In this document: piece by piece, positions 1 through 17,054 of the stretch
Numbering within the stretch: the first letter of the stretch is position 1
How the letters are laid out: each line of letters begins with the position of its first letter
NCBI RefSeq assembly: GCF_003334815.1
Contig: NZ_QOWO01000002.1
Length of the DNA stretch: 64,000 nucleotides
Reading direction: 5' to 3' (one strand)
Origin: Escherichia coli
Lineage (GTDB): Bacteria; Pseudomonadota; Gammaproteobacteria; Enterobacterales; Enterobacteriaceae
Notes under the pieces: generated by a model
What the model was told of the DNA's origin: nothing
The model's input: only the letters and a program-made list of their open reading frames with translations
Databases searched by the model: none
Translations under genes and position numbers: made by a program

Positions 1-303
1 TCGAAACGTACTCTCAACAGTTCGCTTAGGCATGGAAGTTTTGCGGCATTCTGGCTACACAATAACAAGGGAAGACTCACTCGTGGCTGCAACCCTGCTT
101 ACTCAAAATCTATTCACACATGGTTACGTTTTGGGGAAATTATGAGGGGATCTCTCAGCACTTAACAAGTACCAGGTATAAAATATGCCTTATGGACGAG
201 CGGAAGCGTTTTCTGTATCCATAAATGCAAAAGTATTTTGTATGCGTGGTTTTAAATTTATTGATGGTGAATATTAATATTTTTTCTAAGGATAACTAAA
301 AGA

Positions 304-1017
304 ATGGAATCATACTCGCAAAACAGCAATAAATTAGATTTTCAGCACGAGGCCAGGATATTAAACGGTATATGGCTCATTACCGCTTTAGGTTTGGTGG
401 CAACCGCAGGACTAGCCTGGGGAGCTAAGTATCTCGAAATTACGGCAACCAAATATGATTCACCACCAATGTATGTCGCCATAGGGTTATTATTACTTTG
501 TATGTATGGCTTAAGTAAGGATATCAACAAGATAAATGCCGCCATCGCGGGCGTAATATATCTGTTTTTACTCTCTTTGGTGGCGATTGTCGTTGCAAGT
601 TTAGTTCCTGTATATGCCATTATCATCGTGTTCAGCACTGCGGGCGCGATGTTTTTAATCAGTATGCTGGCCGGTTTATTATTTAATGTTGATCCTGGTT
701 CTCACCGTTTTATCATTATGATGACGTTGACAGGGTTGGCCCTGGTAATCATCGTGAATGCGGCATTAATGAGTGAACGGCCCATTTGGGTAATAAGTTG
801 CTTAATGATTGTGTTATGGTCAGGCATTATCTCGCATGGACGAAATAAGCTCCTTGAATTGGCGGGGAAATGCCATAGTGAAGAGTTGTGGAGTCCGGTT
901 CGTTGCGCTTTTACAGGTGCATTAACACTCTATTACTATTTTATCGGCTTCTTTGGGATACTTGCCGCGATAGCTATAACGCTTGTCTGGCAAAGGCATA
1001 CGCGTTTTTTTCATTAG
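304..1017 (+). CDS. ybhM: Inner membrane protein YbhM (BAX-inhibitor-1/YccA-like multi-pass membrane protein)
   Basis: ORF track 237 aa, strongly hydrophobic multi-helix translation; size and position upstream of ybhN-clsB-ybhP match E. coli K-12 order (recalled). Confidence 0.8.
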   Translation: MESYSQNSNKLDFQHEARILNGIWLITALGLVATAGLAWGAKYLEITATKYDSPPMYVAIGLLLLCMYGLSKDINKINAAIAGVIYLFLLSLVAIVVASLVPVYAIIIVFSTAGAMFLISMLAGLLFNVDPGSHRFIIMMTLTGLALVIIVNAALMSERPIWVISCLMIVLWSGIISHGRNKLLELAGKCHSEELWSPVRCAFTGALTLYYYFIGFFGILAAIAITLVWQRHTRFFH

Positions 1018-1052
1018 CCGTAAATGCACATACTAAAGAACTTAACTAAACT

Positions 1053-2009
1053 TCACATCGCCGCTTCATTTTTCGCCCGTAGCTTCTTCGCCTGGCTTTC
1101 CAGCAACAGGTAACAGATCAGCGCCAGCAGCAGTGGGATAAAGTAATACAGCACACGGTAAGCGAGTAGGGCGGCGATAATTGTACCTTTGGAGGTATGC
1201 TCCCCAGCCAGTAGTGCGATAAACACCGCTTCCAGCACACCGATCCCCGCCGGAATATGCACGATGACGCCAGCAATACTACTAACCAGTAACACGCCCA
1301 GTACAAAGAAATAGTTCACGCTTTGACCAAGTAACAGCCAGATAATCGCCCCCATTACCATCCAGTTAACGCTGGAAATCAGCATCTGAGCGAGGGCGAA
1401 TTTCCATGAAGGCAGCACCAGCTTTTGCCCTTTGATGGTCATATGGCGGTGCTTCGCGAAAGCGCAAAACCACAAATAAACCGCGATAATCATCAGTAAG
1501 CCAATGCCGAGAATACGCAGCGTAGTTTGATCGACATACCAGTGATCCGGCAACTCCACCACGCCTGCGGTAAAGATAATCCCTGCCAGTAAAATGTAGC
1601 CCAGCCAGTTGGTGGTAATACTGAGCGAGAAAATCCGCGTAATAGTGCTACCGGGCAACCCCAGACGAGAGTACAAACGATAGCGCATACCAATGCCGCC
1701 GACCCAGGTACTGAGCGTCAGGTTGAAGGCGTAGCAGATAAACGACACCAGCATCACCTGGCGCTTCGCCAGTTTGTGACCGCAGTAAAAGCGGGCGAGC
1801 AGGTCATAGCAGCCGTAAATCAGATAGCTGACGACCACCAGCCCGACCGCACTAAGCAGCGCAACGCGATTGTAGTCGCGGATGACCTTCCAGACCTCTT
1901 CCCAGTCCACTTTTTTGGCGTAGACCACCAGCAACACAATCACCGCGATAAAAAACAGCCAGGTGAGGATCTTCTTTGCTAAGCGCCAGCGCGGGTGTGA
2001 TTTACTCAT
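1053..2009 (-). CDS. ybhN: UPF0104 inner membrane protein YbhN (LPG-synthase-TM-like domain)
   Basis: ORF track 318 aa, polytopic membrane protein; start codon shares 1 nt with clsB stop (TGATG). Confidence 0.85.
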   Translation of the reverse strand: MSKSHPRWRLAKKILTWLFFIAVIVLLVVYAKKVDWEEVWKVIRDYNRVALLSAVGLVVVSYLIYGCYDLLARFYCGHKLAKRQVMLVSFICYAFNLTLSTWVGGIGMRYRLYSRLGLPGSTITRIFSLSITTNWLGYILLAGIIFTAGVVELPDHWYVDQTTLRILGIGLLMIIAVYLWFCAFAKHRHMTIKGQKLVLPSWKFALAQMLISSVNWMVMGAIIWLLLGQSVNYFFVLGVLLVSSIAGVIVHIPAGIGVLEAVFIALLAGEHTSKGTIIAALLAYRVLYYFIPLLLALICYLLLESQAKKLRAKNEAAM

Positions 2010-3250
2010 CAGGGTTTTACCCCCGTGTTTTCAGTTTCTACCCGATCCTGCGTTTCCATTGTCGGTTGTGCGGGCGGATCAACCTGCGCCAGACGTGGCG
2101 TGTGTGCCGGAAGCCAGCCAACCAGCGCCGGGAAGTGGCGTAAAAAGTGGAACGCCAGCACGCTTTTGGTCAGGTTCCACCAGGTGCGTTTGGGCAGCAT
2201 GGTTTCATCCACCTGCTGACAATCTGCGGCAATAATGCCGTTCAGATTATCGCGCAGCGTCTGGTTAAAATGACGATCGTGGATGATGACATTTGCTTCG
2301 AGATTCAGTGACAAACTGAGCGGATCGAGATTACTGGACCCTACTGTCGCCCAGTGATCGTCCATCAATGCCACTTTGCCGTGGAGCGGGCGGCGGCGGT
2401 ACTCAAAAACCTGAACGCCGCCTTTAACCAGATAGTTATACAGCAAGCGCGCACCGACTCTGACAATCGGCATATCCGGTTCGCCCTGAATGATCAGTTT
2501 GATCCGCACCCCGCGCCGTGCCGCTTTACGCAAGGCGTGTAAAAATCGATAGCCGGGGAAGAAGTAGGCGTTGGCGATAATCACTTCCCGCCGCGCCTGA
2601 GTGAGCATTTTCAAATAATGGCGTTCAATATCATCGCGATGTTCTTCGTTATCGCGCCAGACCAGCAATACCTGCGCTTCTCCCGGCTGGCGGTTCTCTT
2701 CCGCTTTGTGATGACGTCGCCACCAGCGTCGTGCCGCGCTCTGTCCAGGCAGGTTTTCCAGCTCAAACTGGAGAATATCTTCGACAATCGGCCCTTCAAG
2801 GCGTACCGCGTAATCCTGTTTAGCCTCTGGACCGTAGCTGGACATATGCTCGGCGGAGTAATTCAGCCCGCCAATAAAGGCTATACGCGCGTCGATCACC
2901 ACAATTTTGCGATGCATCCGGCGAAACACATTGGTGCGCATACCAAAAAGGCGAGGGCGGGGATCGTAGTAGCGGAACACTACGCCAGCTGCCGTCAGTT
3001 CATTGACAAACTCATCGCTGAGATCCGGCGAACCGTAGCCATCCAGCAAGACTTCCGCTTTAACCCCGCGTTGCGCTGCTGCCAGTAGTGCCGCATGCAG
3101 TTGTTTGCCGACGTCATCCTCAAACCAGATAAACGTTTCAAGAATGATGCGTTCTTGTGCCTCGCCAATCGCCTTAAACACCGCGGGATAATATTGCTCG
3201 CCGTTTTCCAGCAACTGGATCTTATTGCCTTCGCGCCAGCTACATTTCAT
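2009..3250 (-). CDS. clsB: Cardiolipin synthase B (phospholipase D superfamily)
   Basis: ORF track 413 aa; two HKD motifs readable (HRKIVVID...; HGKVALMDD...SSNLD). Confidence 0.9.
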
Positions 3251-4008
3251 AAATGAATCTCCGCACTTAAAGGGGCATGATCAGAAAGGTGTCGCCATGT
3301 CCGCAGCGGCAACGCGGTTGGCGCGCTGGCGCTGGCATTTTTGACGTAGATCCTGTCCAGTCGTAGTAGAGGAAATTGCACCGGAAACGTGCGCGCCGGG
3401 CGTCCGTGGGCGCGGGTAAAAATCTCATCCAGTCCGGCCTGCACTTTTAACGGATGATTAGCTTTTTGCCGCCAGTCATTGAAATCACCCGCCACCAATA
3501 CCGGTTCGCCGTCCGGTAGCTCATTCACCCATTCGGCGAGCATCGCAAGCTGCGCCTGACGGTGCGCCTCACGCAGGCCCAGATGTACGCACATCACATG
3601 AATCGCTTTTCCGGTCATCGGCGGCACAATGCGGCAGTAGAGCACGCCGCGCTTTTCCGCACCATCGACCGAAACATCGCGATTCTCATAATGTTCAATG
3701 GGATAACGCGACAGTACGGCGTTGCCGTGATGCCCTTCCGGGTATACGGCATTGCGACCGTAGGCAAAATCGCTCCACATAGTGTCGGCGAGAAACTCGT
3801 AGTGCGAGGTATCGGGCCAGTTTTCCACATGCAGCGGATGAACTTCGTGCGCGCCCATCACTTCCTGCAGGCAAACAATATCGGCGCTGACGGTACGCAC
3901 GGCGTCGCGAAGTTCCGGCAAAATGAAGCGTCGGTTAAACGCGGTAAAGCCTTTGTGAATATTGATGGTGAGCACCTTGAACGAAAATTGTTGTGTTTGA
4001 TCGGGCAT
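3247..4008 (-). CDS. ybhP: Endonuclease/exonuclease/phosphatase-family protein YbhP
   Basis: ORF track 253 aa; stop overlaps clsB start; first gene of ybhP-clsB-ybhN unit. Confidence 0.85.
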
Positions 4009-4140
4009 AATTTTCCTGTCTTTGCCTCTTATCTCATTGAAATAGTGTAGTCGGCGTCACAAAAAGGTGCGGTCTTACGGAATTTTCCGTAAAGTTCGGT
4101 ACTCTGAGTAAGTAGAGATAAATTCTTCAGGAGAGAAGCC

Positions 4141-4551
4141 ATGAAGTGGCAACAACGTGTTCGTGTCGCAACGGGTCTAAGTTGCTGGCAGATTATGTTG
4201 CATTTACTGGTAGTGGCGCTGCTGGTGGTGGGCTGGATGAGTAAGACTCTGGTTCACGTCGGCGTGGGATTATGCGCACTGTATTGTGTCACGGTAGTGA
4301 TGATGCTGGTGTTTCAGCGCCACCCCGAGCAACGCTGGCGTGAGGTGGCAGACGTGCTGGAAGAGCTGACCACGACCTGGTATTTTGGCGCAGCGCTGAT
4401 TGTGCTGTGGCTGTTGTCCCGCGTTCTGGAAAACAACTTTTTGCTGGCAATTGCAGGGCTGGCAATCCTTGCCGGCCCGGCGGTAGTGTCTTTGCTGGCG
4501 AAAGATAAGAAGTTACATCACCTTACGTCTAAACATCGCGTACGCCGCTGA
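4141..4551 (+). CDS. ybhQ: Inner membrane protein YbhQ
   Basis: ORF track 136 aa, hydrophobic helices; 3' end overlaps the convergent ybhR 3' end. Confidence 0.8.
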
Positions 4552-5619
4552 CCCTGTCGTGGCCGTTATCACCAGTAGCGGCCACAAACTATTCCACACA
4601 ATATCCAGACTCGCATCCTTCAAATAAATCTGCTTGGTAATGTCCGTAAAGTGGCGAATAGGGTTAATCCACGTCAGGTTTTGCAGCCATACCGGCATGT
4701 TTTCCACCGGAGAAACGTAACCGGAAAGGAGAATGGCGGGCATCATAAAGACAAACACGCCGATAAACGCCTGCTGTTGTGTTGAACAGAGTGATGAAAT
4801 CAACAGACCGAATCCCACCAGCGATAAACCATAAATCACCATCGTAAAGTAGAACAGCGCCAGCGATCCGGCGAAGGGGATTTGATACGCCCAGATACCA
4901 ATCGCCAGCACAATGGTGGCCTGGAAGGTGGCGACAATTAACGCCGGTACGGCTTTGCCGATGAAGATCTGCCAGGTGGTGAGCGGCGAAACCAGTAGCT
5001 GATCGAGCGTACCTTGTTCACGTTCGCGGGCGACGGAAAGTGAAGTGACGATCATTACGCCGATAGTGGTGATCATGGCGATCAGTGACGGCACCACAAA
5101 CCATTTGTAGTCGAGATTCGGGTTATACCAGTTGCGTACCACCAGCTCGCTGTTGTTAGGTTTCGGTTTTCCTTCCAGCAGCTCCTGCTGATAATTTTTG
5201 ACGATCTGTTGCAGGTAGTTGGCGGCAATTTGCGCACTGTTGGAGTTACGCCCGTCGAGGATCAACTGCAAAGGCGCGGTCTGGAAGGTATCCAGTTTGC
5301 GCGAGAAGTCAGCCGGGAAACGCACCAGTAGTAACGCCTTTTGTGTGTCGATGGTTGGGCGGATCTCCTGTGGGCTTTTCAGCAGCAGCACATGAGTAAA
5401 GGCGCTGGCGCGGGCAAAACGTTGGGTCAGCTCCACCGAATGCTCGCCGTTATCTTCATCGTAGATGGCGATGGTGGCGTTAGTCACTTCCAGCGTGGCG
5501 GCGAACGGGAACAGGATCACCTGAATTAGCACGGGTAAAATCAGAATCGCGCGGGTTTGCGGTTCGCGCAGCAACGACTGCAACTCTTTGCGGATTAACG
5601 TCCATAAGCGATGAAACAT
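4513..5619 (-). CDS. ybhR: ABC-2 type transporter permease YbhR
   Basis: ORF track 368 aa; ABC-2 permease architecture (large N-terminal loop then TM bundle); in ybhGFSR operon. Confidence 0.9.
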
Positions 5620-5629
5620 GCTCTTCTCC

Positions 5630-6755
5630 CTAATCCAGCCGACGTTTGGTTTTCAGCCACGTCAGGCCGATAAACATCACCGCCGAAGCGATCAAAAACA
5701 GCACGTTTACCACCAGCACCACTGGAATATTCCCGGCGAGGAACAGGCTTTGCAGGGTGCTGACGAAATAACGAGCGGGAATAATGTACGTCACCGCGCG
5801 GATCACCGCGGGCATACTGTCGATCTGAAAAATAAAGCCGGAAAGCATAATCGACGGCAGAAAAGCGGCGTTCAGGGCGACCTGAGCGGCATTGAACTGG
5901 TTGCGGGTAATCGTGGAAATCAGCAGCCCCATCCCCAGGGTACTGAGTAAAAACAGGCTGGAGATAAAAAACAGAATCAGCAGCGACCCGCGATACGGCA
6001 CGCCGAGAATAAACACTGACACCAGCATACACAGCAACATCGCCAGCATCCCGAGAAAGTAATAAGTGATCAGCTTACACAGCAGCAGTTCCGTGCGGGT
6101 AATCTCCGTAGAGAGCAGAGCCTCCATGGTGCCGCGTTCCCATTCTCGCGCCACCACCAGCGAGGTGAGAATCGCGCCGATGACCGTCATGATAATGGTC
6201 ACCGCACCGGGGATAATGAAGTGCTGGCTAATCGCCGCCGGGTTAAACCAGTAGCGGGTTTGTACATCAATAAGCGGTTCAAAAGTCTGCCCGTTGTCCT
6301 CCGCTCGCTGCATTTGCCAGATCTGCCAGATCCCTTCGACATACCCCTGTACAAAGTTAGCGGTATTCGGCTCACTGCCGTCGGTGATCACCTGAATCGG
6401 TGCGGTGGCGTTGGCGCGCTCCATCTGTTCCGCAAAATCCACCGGAATAACCACCAGACCGCGAATTTTCCCCGCCTGCATTTTGGCGATCAGTTCCTGA
6501 CGGTTATCGCTGATGGTGGCGTCGATGTAGGGCGAACCGGTCATGGTGTGGGTGAAATCCAGCGCCGCTTCGCTACGCTGTTCCAGTAAAATCCCGACCC
6601 GCAGCTTGCTGGAGTCGAGGTTAATGCCGTAACCAAAAATAAACAGCAGTAGCAGCGGGATCACTACCGCAATCAGCCAGCTACTCGGATCGCGAACGAT
6701 CTGCCGCGTCTCTTTAACGCACAGCGCCCGTACGCGACGCCAGGACAGGATCGGG

Positions 6756-6763
<8 letters not shown>
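5630..6763 (-). CDS. ybhS: ABC-2 type transporter permease YbhS
   Basis: ORF track 377 aa; paralogous architecture to ybhR. Confidence 0.9.
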
Positions 6764-10154
<3,391 letters not shown>

Positions 10155-10382
10155 CGCACAGTCCATTCTTAATCAAATGATTGATTAAGATTATGACTCC
10201 ATAGGGGAGTTGTCCAGTATGGCTAAGAATTTTAGCAACGCCAGTCACAGGGATAATTTATGCGCTGCGTCACAAAAACTGCTACACTCCGCTCCCTCAT
10301 GACATTGTGGTTTTTGTCATTTTCCTTTTCAGTATCTCCCTGAAAACTACACCGGTAACGGTCGGGGCGGTTCGGAGTAGTT

Positions 10383-11747
10383 ATGTCTTTCGATTCTTTG
10401 GGTTTAAGCCCTGATATCCTGCGCGCCGTTGCCGAGCAGGGTTACCGTGAACCCACCCCTATTCAGCAGCAGGCGATCCCTGCGGTGCTGGAAGGCCGCG
10501 ACCTGATGGCTAGCGCCCAGACCGGCACCGGCAAAACAGCGGGCTTTACGCTGCCGCTGTTGCAACACCTGATCACTCGCCAGCCGCACGCCAAAGGGCG
10601 TCGTCCGGTACGTGCGCTCATTCTTACCCCGACCCGTGAACTGGCGGCGCAGATTGGCGAAAACGTCCGTGATTACAGCAAATACCTGAACATTCGTTCG
10701 CTGGTGGTGTTTGGTGGTGTGAGTATTAACCCGCAGATGATGAAACTGCGTGGCGGCGTTGATGTGCTGGTGGCAACCCCGGGACGTTTGCTGGACCTGG
10801 AACATCAGAATGCAGTGAAGCTGGATCAGGTTGAAATCCTCGTCCTCGATGAAGCTGACCGCATGCTCGACATGGGCTTTATCCACGATATCCGTCGCGT
10901 GTTAACAAAACTACCTGCGAAGCGCCAGAACCTGTTATTCTCCGCGACCTTCTCTGACGATATTAAAGCCCTGGCGGAAAAACTGTTGCACAACCCGCTG
11001 GAAATCGAAGTGGCACGCCGCAATACCGCGTCTGATCAGGTGACCCAGCACGTTCACTTTGTCGATAAGAAACGCAAACGCGAATTGCTGTCGCACATGA
11101 TTGGGAAAGGGAACTGGCAGCAGGTGCTGGTGTTTACCCGTACCAAACACGGCGCTAACCATCTGGCTGAACAGCTCAATAAAGATGGCATCCGTAGTGC
11201 GGCGATCCACGGCAATAAATCGCAAGGTGCGCGTACTCGTGCGCTGGCTGATTTTAAATCGGGCGATATTCGTGTACTGGTGGCAACTGACATCGCTGCG
11301 CGCGGCCTGGATATTGAAGAGCTGCCGCACGTCGTCAACTATGAACTGCCAAACGTACCTGAAGATTATGTCCACCGTATCGGGCGTACCGGTCGTGCGG
11401 CTGCTACCGGTGAAGCGTTGTCGCTGGTGTGTGTTGATGAACACAAACTGCTGCGTGATATCGAAAAACTGCTGAAAAAAGAGATCCCGCGCATTGCGAT
11501 TCCGGGCTATGAGCCGGACCCGTCAATCAAAGCCGAACCGATCCAGAACGGTCGCCAGCAACGTGGCGGCGGCGGTCGTGGGCAAGGTGGTGGTCGCGGT
11601 CAACAGCAACCACGCCGTGGGGAAGGTGGCGCAAAATCTGCAAGCGCGAAACCTGCAGAAAAACCGTCTCGCCGCCTCGGCGATGCCAAACCGGCAGGCG
11701 AACAACAACGTCGCCGCCGTCCGCGTAAACCTGCCGCTGCGCAGTAA
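10383..11747 (+). CDS. rhlE: ATP-dependent DEAD-box RNA helicase RhlE
   Basis: ORF track 454 aa; Walker [13 protein letters not shown] box (VLDEADRM), Arg/Gly-rich C-terminal tail. Confidence 0.95.
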
Positions 11748-11799
11748 TCTTTTATGCCGGGCTATGCCCGGCATCAGGCTGATGAACAAACGCAAAACT

Positions 11800-11900
<101 letters not shown>

Positions 11901-11978
11901 TCACAACAAGCACTTGTCAGCAATTTGAGAACACGGGAAAAAATTTATCTGTTTTACCGCCCATAAGCCACCGAGACG

Positions 11979-12461
11979 TTACTTCTCTATAGCCAATTGT
12001 TCGCGCAACTCCATTAAAAGGTAGCCCAGTCGATTCTTGCCCTTACCATGACCACCGTCTCCCCAGTAAGCATCGTTTTCCGTATGCTCAACCAGTTTTG
12101 CGGGCGCGGTTGCCAGCAAGAGCGCACGCAGTTCTGCATGCTGTTCGAATTTAGCGCGAAGTGCTTTTCGCATCACCTGTTCTTTGACCGACTCCCAGTT
12201 TTTACGCAGAGGCTTAGAACGATCGCGCCCCATGCGTGCGGCGACCATAGGGGAAGAAACCCGACGGATCTCTTCGCGGTATTTTTCATCAAGGAATTTT
12301 TGTGCCTGAAAATAGTGTTCTGAGGTGGGCCAGGTTTTCCCGTCAACCTTGATGGGCCAGGCGGCAAAGTTAGAAAAATCACCGTAGTCATCGCTGGTGC
12401 TGTAGAAATTTATGATGGTGTCTTGCATGACGTGTTGGATCCTTTGTGCTCGAACGGGCAT
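11979..12461 (-). CDS. ybiA: YbiA/NADAR-family N-glycosidase
   Basis: ORF track 160 aa; divergent from dinG. Confidence 0.85.
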   Translation of the reverse strand: MPVRAQRIQHVMQDTIINFYSTSDDYGDFSNFAAWPIKVDGKTWPTSEHYFQAQKFLDEKYREEIRRVSSPMVAARMGRDRSKPLRKNWESVKEQVMRKALRAKFEQHAELRALLLATAPAKLVEHTENDAYWGDGGHGKGKNRLGYLLMELREQLAIEK

Positions 12462-12546
12462 TAAACCGCATTATGTTGGTGGTTATTGCGAGCCGCTTTC
12501 CAGAAACAGAAAAACCATTACCCCTGAAAACCGAAAAATGCCACAA

Positions 12547-12566
12547 TATTGGCTGTTTATACAGTA
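12547..12566 (+). promoter_or_regulatory. LexA operator (SOS box) of dinG
   Basis: TATTGGCTGTTTATACAGTA with CTG-N10-CAG core, ~15 nt upstream of dinG ATG. Confidence 0.85.
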
Positions 12567-12580
12567 TTTCAGGTTTTCTC

Positions 12581-14731
12581 ATGGCATTAACCGCCGCGCT
12601 TAAAGCGCAAATTGCCGCCTGGTATAAGGCGCTTCAGGAACAGATCCCCGACTTTATTCCCCGTGCGCCGCAGCGGCAGATGATTGCGGACGTCGCCAAA
12701 ACGCTGGCCGGAGAAGAAGGGCGACATCTGGCGATTGAAGCCCCCACCGGCGTTGGGAAAACGCTCTCTTATTTGATTCCCGGCATCGCCATTGCCCGCG
12801 AAGAGCAAAAAACGCTGGTGGTGAGTACCGCCAACGTGGCATTGCAGGATCAGATTTACAGCAAAGATTTACCGCTGCTGAAAAAGATCATTCCCGATCT
12901 TAAATTCACTGCCGCTTTTGGGCGTGGGCGCTACGTTTGTCCGCGTAATCTGACGGCGCTCGCCAGTACTGAACCCACGCAACAGGATCTGCTGGCGTTT
13001 CTTGACGACGAACTGACGCCGAACAATCAGGAAGAGCAAAAACGTTGTGCGAAGCTGAAGGGCGATCTCGATACTTATAAATGGGATGGTCTGCGCGATC
13101 ATACTGATATCGCTATAGATGACGATCTCTGGCGTCGTTTAAGTACCGACAAAGCCAGCTGCCTCAACCGCAATTGTTACTACTATCGTGAATGCCCGTT
13201 TTTTGTCGCTCGTCGGGAGATTCAGGAAGCGGAAGTGGTGGTGGCAAACCATGCGCTGGTGATGGCGGCGATGGAAAGCGAAGCGGTATTGCCTGACCCG
13301 AAAAATTTACTGCTGGTGCTGGACGAAGGCCATCACCTGCCGGATGTGGCGCGGGATGCGCTTGAGATGAGCGCCGAAATCACCGCGCCGTGGTATCGGC
13401 TACAGCTGGACTTGTTCACGAAACTGGTCGCTACCTGCATGGAGCAGTTTCGCCCGAAGACCATCCCACCGCTGGCGATCCCTGAACGTTTGAATGCGCA
13501 TTGTGAAGAGTTGTATGAGCTTATCGCCTCGTTAAACAACATTCTCAATCTCTACATGCCTGCCGGGCAGGAGGCAGAGCACCGTTTTGCGATGGGCGAA
13601 CTGCCAGATGAAGTGCTGGAGATCTGCCAGCGGCTGGCAAAACTCACCGAGATGCTGCGTGGCCTGGCGGAGTTATTTCTTAACGATTTAAGTGAGAAAA
13701 CCGGCAGCCATGACATTGTACGTCTGCATCGGTTGATTTTGCAGATGAACCGCGCGTTGGGGATGTTCGAGGCGCAAAGCAAACTCTGGCGGCTGGCTTC
13801 GCTGGCGCAATCTTCCGGTGCACCGGTGACCAAATGGGCGACGCGGGAAGAGCGCGAAGGGCAGCTACACCTCTGGTTTCACTGCGTGGGAATACGTGTC
13901 AGCGATCAGCTGGAAAGGCTGCTGTGGCGCAGTATTCCGCACATTATTGTCACCTCCGCAACCTTGCGTTCGCTGAACAGTTTTTCGCGTTTGCAGGAGA
14001 TGAGTGGTCTGAAAGAGAAAGCGGGCGACCGTTTTGTGGCGCTGGATTCCCCCTTTAACCACTGCGAACAGGGCAAAATTGTTATTCCCCGGATGCGCGT
14101 TGAGCCTTCCATCGACAACGAAGAGCAGCATATTGCCGAAATGGCGGCCTTTTTCCGTAAGCAGGTGGAGAGCAAAAAACATCTCGGTATGTTGGTACTG
14201 TTTGCCAGCGGACGGGCGATGCAGCGCTTTCTCGACTATGTGACGGATTTACGTCTGATGTTGCTGGTTCAGGGCGATCAGCCGCGTTACCGTTTAGTTG
14301 AACTGCACCGCAAACGCGTCGCCAACGGTGAGCGCAGCGTGCTGGTGGGCTTACAGTCATTTGCCGAAGGGCTTGATTTGAAAGGTGATCTGCTCAGCCA
14401 GGTGCATATCCACAAAATCGCTTTTCCGCCCATCGACAGCCCGGTGGTGATCACCGAAGGGGAATGGCTGAAAAGCCTCAACCGCTATCCGTTTGAGGTG
14501 CAAAGCCTGCCGAGCGCCTCGTTTAACCTGATTCAGCAGGTTGGGCGACTGATTCGAAGCCACGGTTGCTGGGGCGAAGTGGTTATCTACGACAAACGCT
14601 TGCTGACCAAAAATTATGGCAAGCGACTACTGGATGCATTACCGGTATTTCCGATAGAGCAACCGGAAGTCCCTGAAGGTATAGTTAAAAAGAAAGAAAA
14701 AACGAAATCCCCACGCCGTCGGCGGCGTTAA
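12581..14731 (+). CDS. dinG: ATP-dependent DNA helicase DinG (SOS-inducible, Fe-S helicase)
   Basis: ORF track 761 aa; start trimmed to MALTAALKAQ (716 aa) downstream of the LexA box; Walker A EAPTGVGKT, DEGH box (VLDEGHHL), Cys cluster. Confidence 0.9.
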   Translation: MALTAALKAQIAAWYKALQEQIPDFIPRAPQRQMIADVAKTLAGEEGRHLAIEAPTGVGKTLSYLIPGIAIAREEQKTLVVSTANVALQDQIYSKDLPLLKKIIPDLKFTAAFGRGRYVCPRNLTALASTEPTQQDLLAFLDDELTPNNQEEQKRCAKLKGDLDTYKWDGLRDHTDIAIDDDLWRRLSTDKASCLNRNCYYYRECPFFVARREIQEAEVVVANHALVMAAMESEAVLPDPKNLLLVLDEGHHLPDVARDALEMSAEITAPWYRLQLDLFTKLVATCMEQFRPKTIPPLAIPERLNAHCEELYELIASLNNILNLYMPAGQEAEHRFAMGELPDEVLEICQRLAKLTEMLRGLAELFLNDLSEKTGSHDIVRLHRLILQMNRALGMFEAQSKLWRLASLAQSSGAPVTKWATREEREGQLHLWFHCVGIRVSDQLERLLWRSIPHIIVTSATLRSLNSFSRLQEMSGLKEKAGDRFVALDSPFNHCEQGKIVIPRMRVEPSIDNEEQHIAEMAAFFRKQVESKKHLGMLVLFASGRAMQRFLDYVTDLRLMLLVQGDQPRYRLVELHRKRVANGERSVLVGLQSFAEGLDLKGDLLSQVHIHKIAFPPIDSPVVITEGEWLKSLNRYPFEVQSLPSASFNLIQQVGRLIRSHGCWGEVVIYDKRLLTKNYGKRLLDALPVFPIEQPEVPEGIVKKKEKTKSPRRRRR

Positions 14732-14758
14732 TGATGTGAGTCAGGTAAGGAGTCGTAA

Positions 14759-15721
<963 letters not shown>

Positions 15722-15727
15722 TTCTTT

Positions 15728-15804
<77 letters not shown>

Positions 15805-15849
15805 ACGCCCGGCGTGCAGCATAAAAATACAACAAACACATAACATAAA

Positions 15850-16945
<1,096 letters not shown>

Positions 16946-16947
<2 letters not shown>

Positions 16948-16976
16948 AAAAAAGCCCGTCCAGTGGCGGACGGGCA
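16946..16976 (-). terminator. Intrinsic terminator (reverse strand, after ybiJ/REP cluster; may also act on hcxB)
   Basis: GCCCGTCC...GGACGGGC hairpin preceded on + strand by A8 (U8 on reverse strand). Confidence 0.65.
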
Positions 16977-17054
16977 AACAAGGGTAACATAGGATCAATG
17001 AGGGTTAGAGCATATGCGTCTGTCGGCAAACAGACAGGGAAATACTTGTGCTGG

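Noticed and set aside
1-303. Possible 3' end of an upstream gene (ybhL) or a small RNA at the window start
   Set aside because: Short open frames here end by ~180 and do not resemble the C-terminus expected for a BI-1 family protein; region looks like an AT-rich promoter for ybhM. Cannot be settled without flanking sequence.
10404-11444. Reverse-strand ORFs (160, 169, 94 aa) overlapping rhlE
   Set aside because: Embedded antisense to the DEAD-box helicase gene; translations are Arg/His-rich with no recognisable motifs.
12446-12580. 45-codon N-terminal extension of dinG in the ORF track
   Set aside because: The extension would read through the LexA operator and overlap the ybiA start; the conserved protein begins at MALTAALKAQ.
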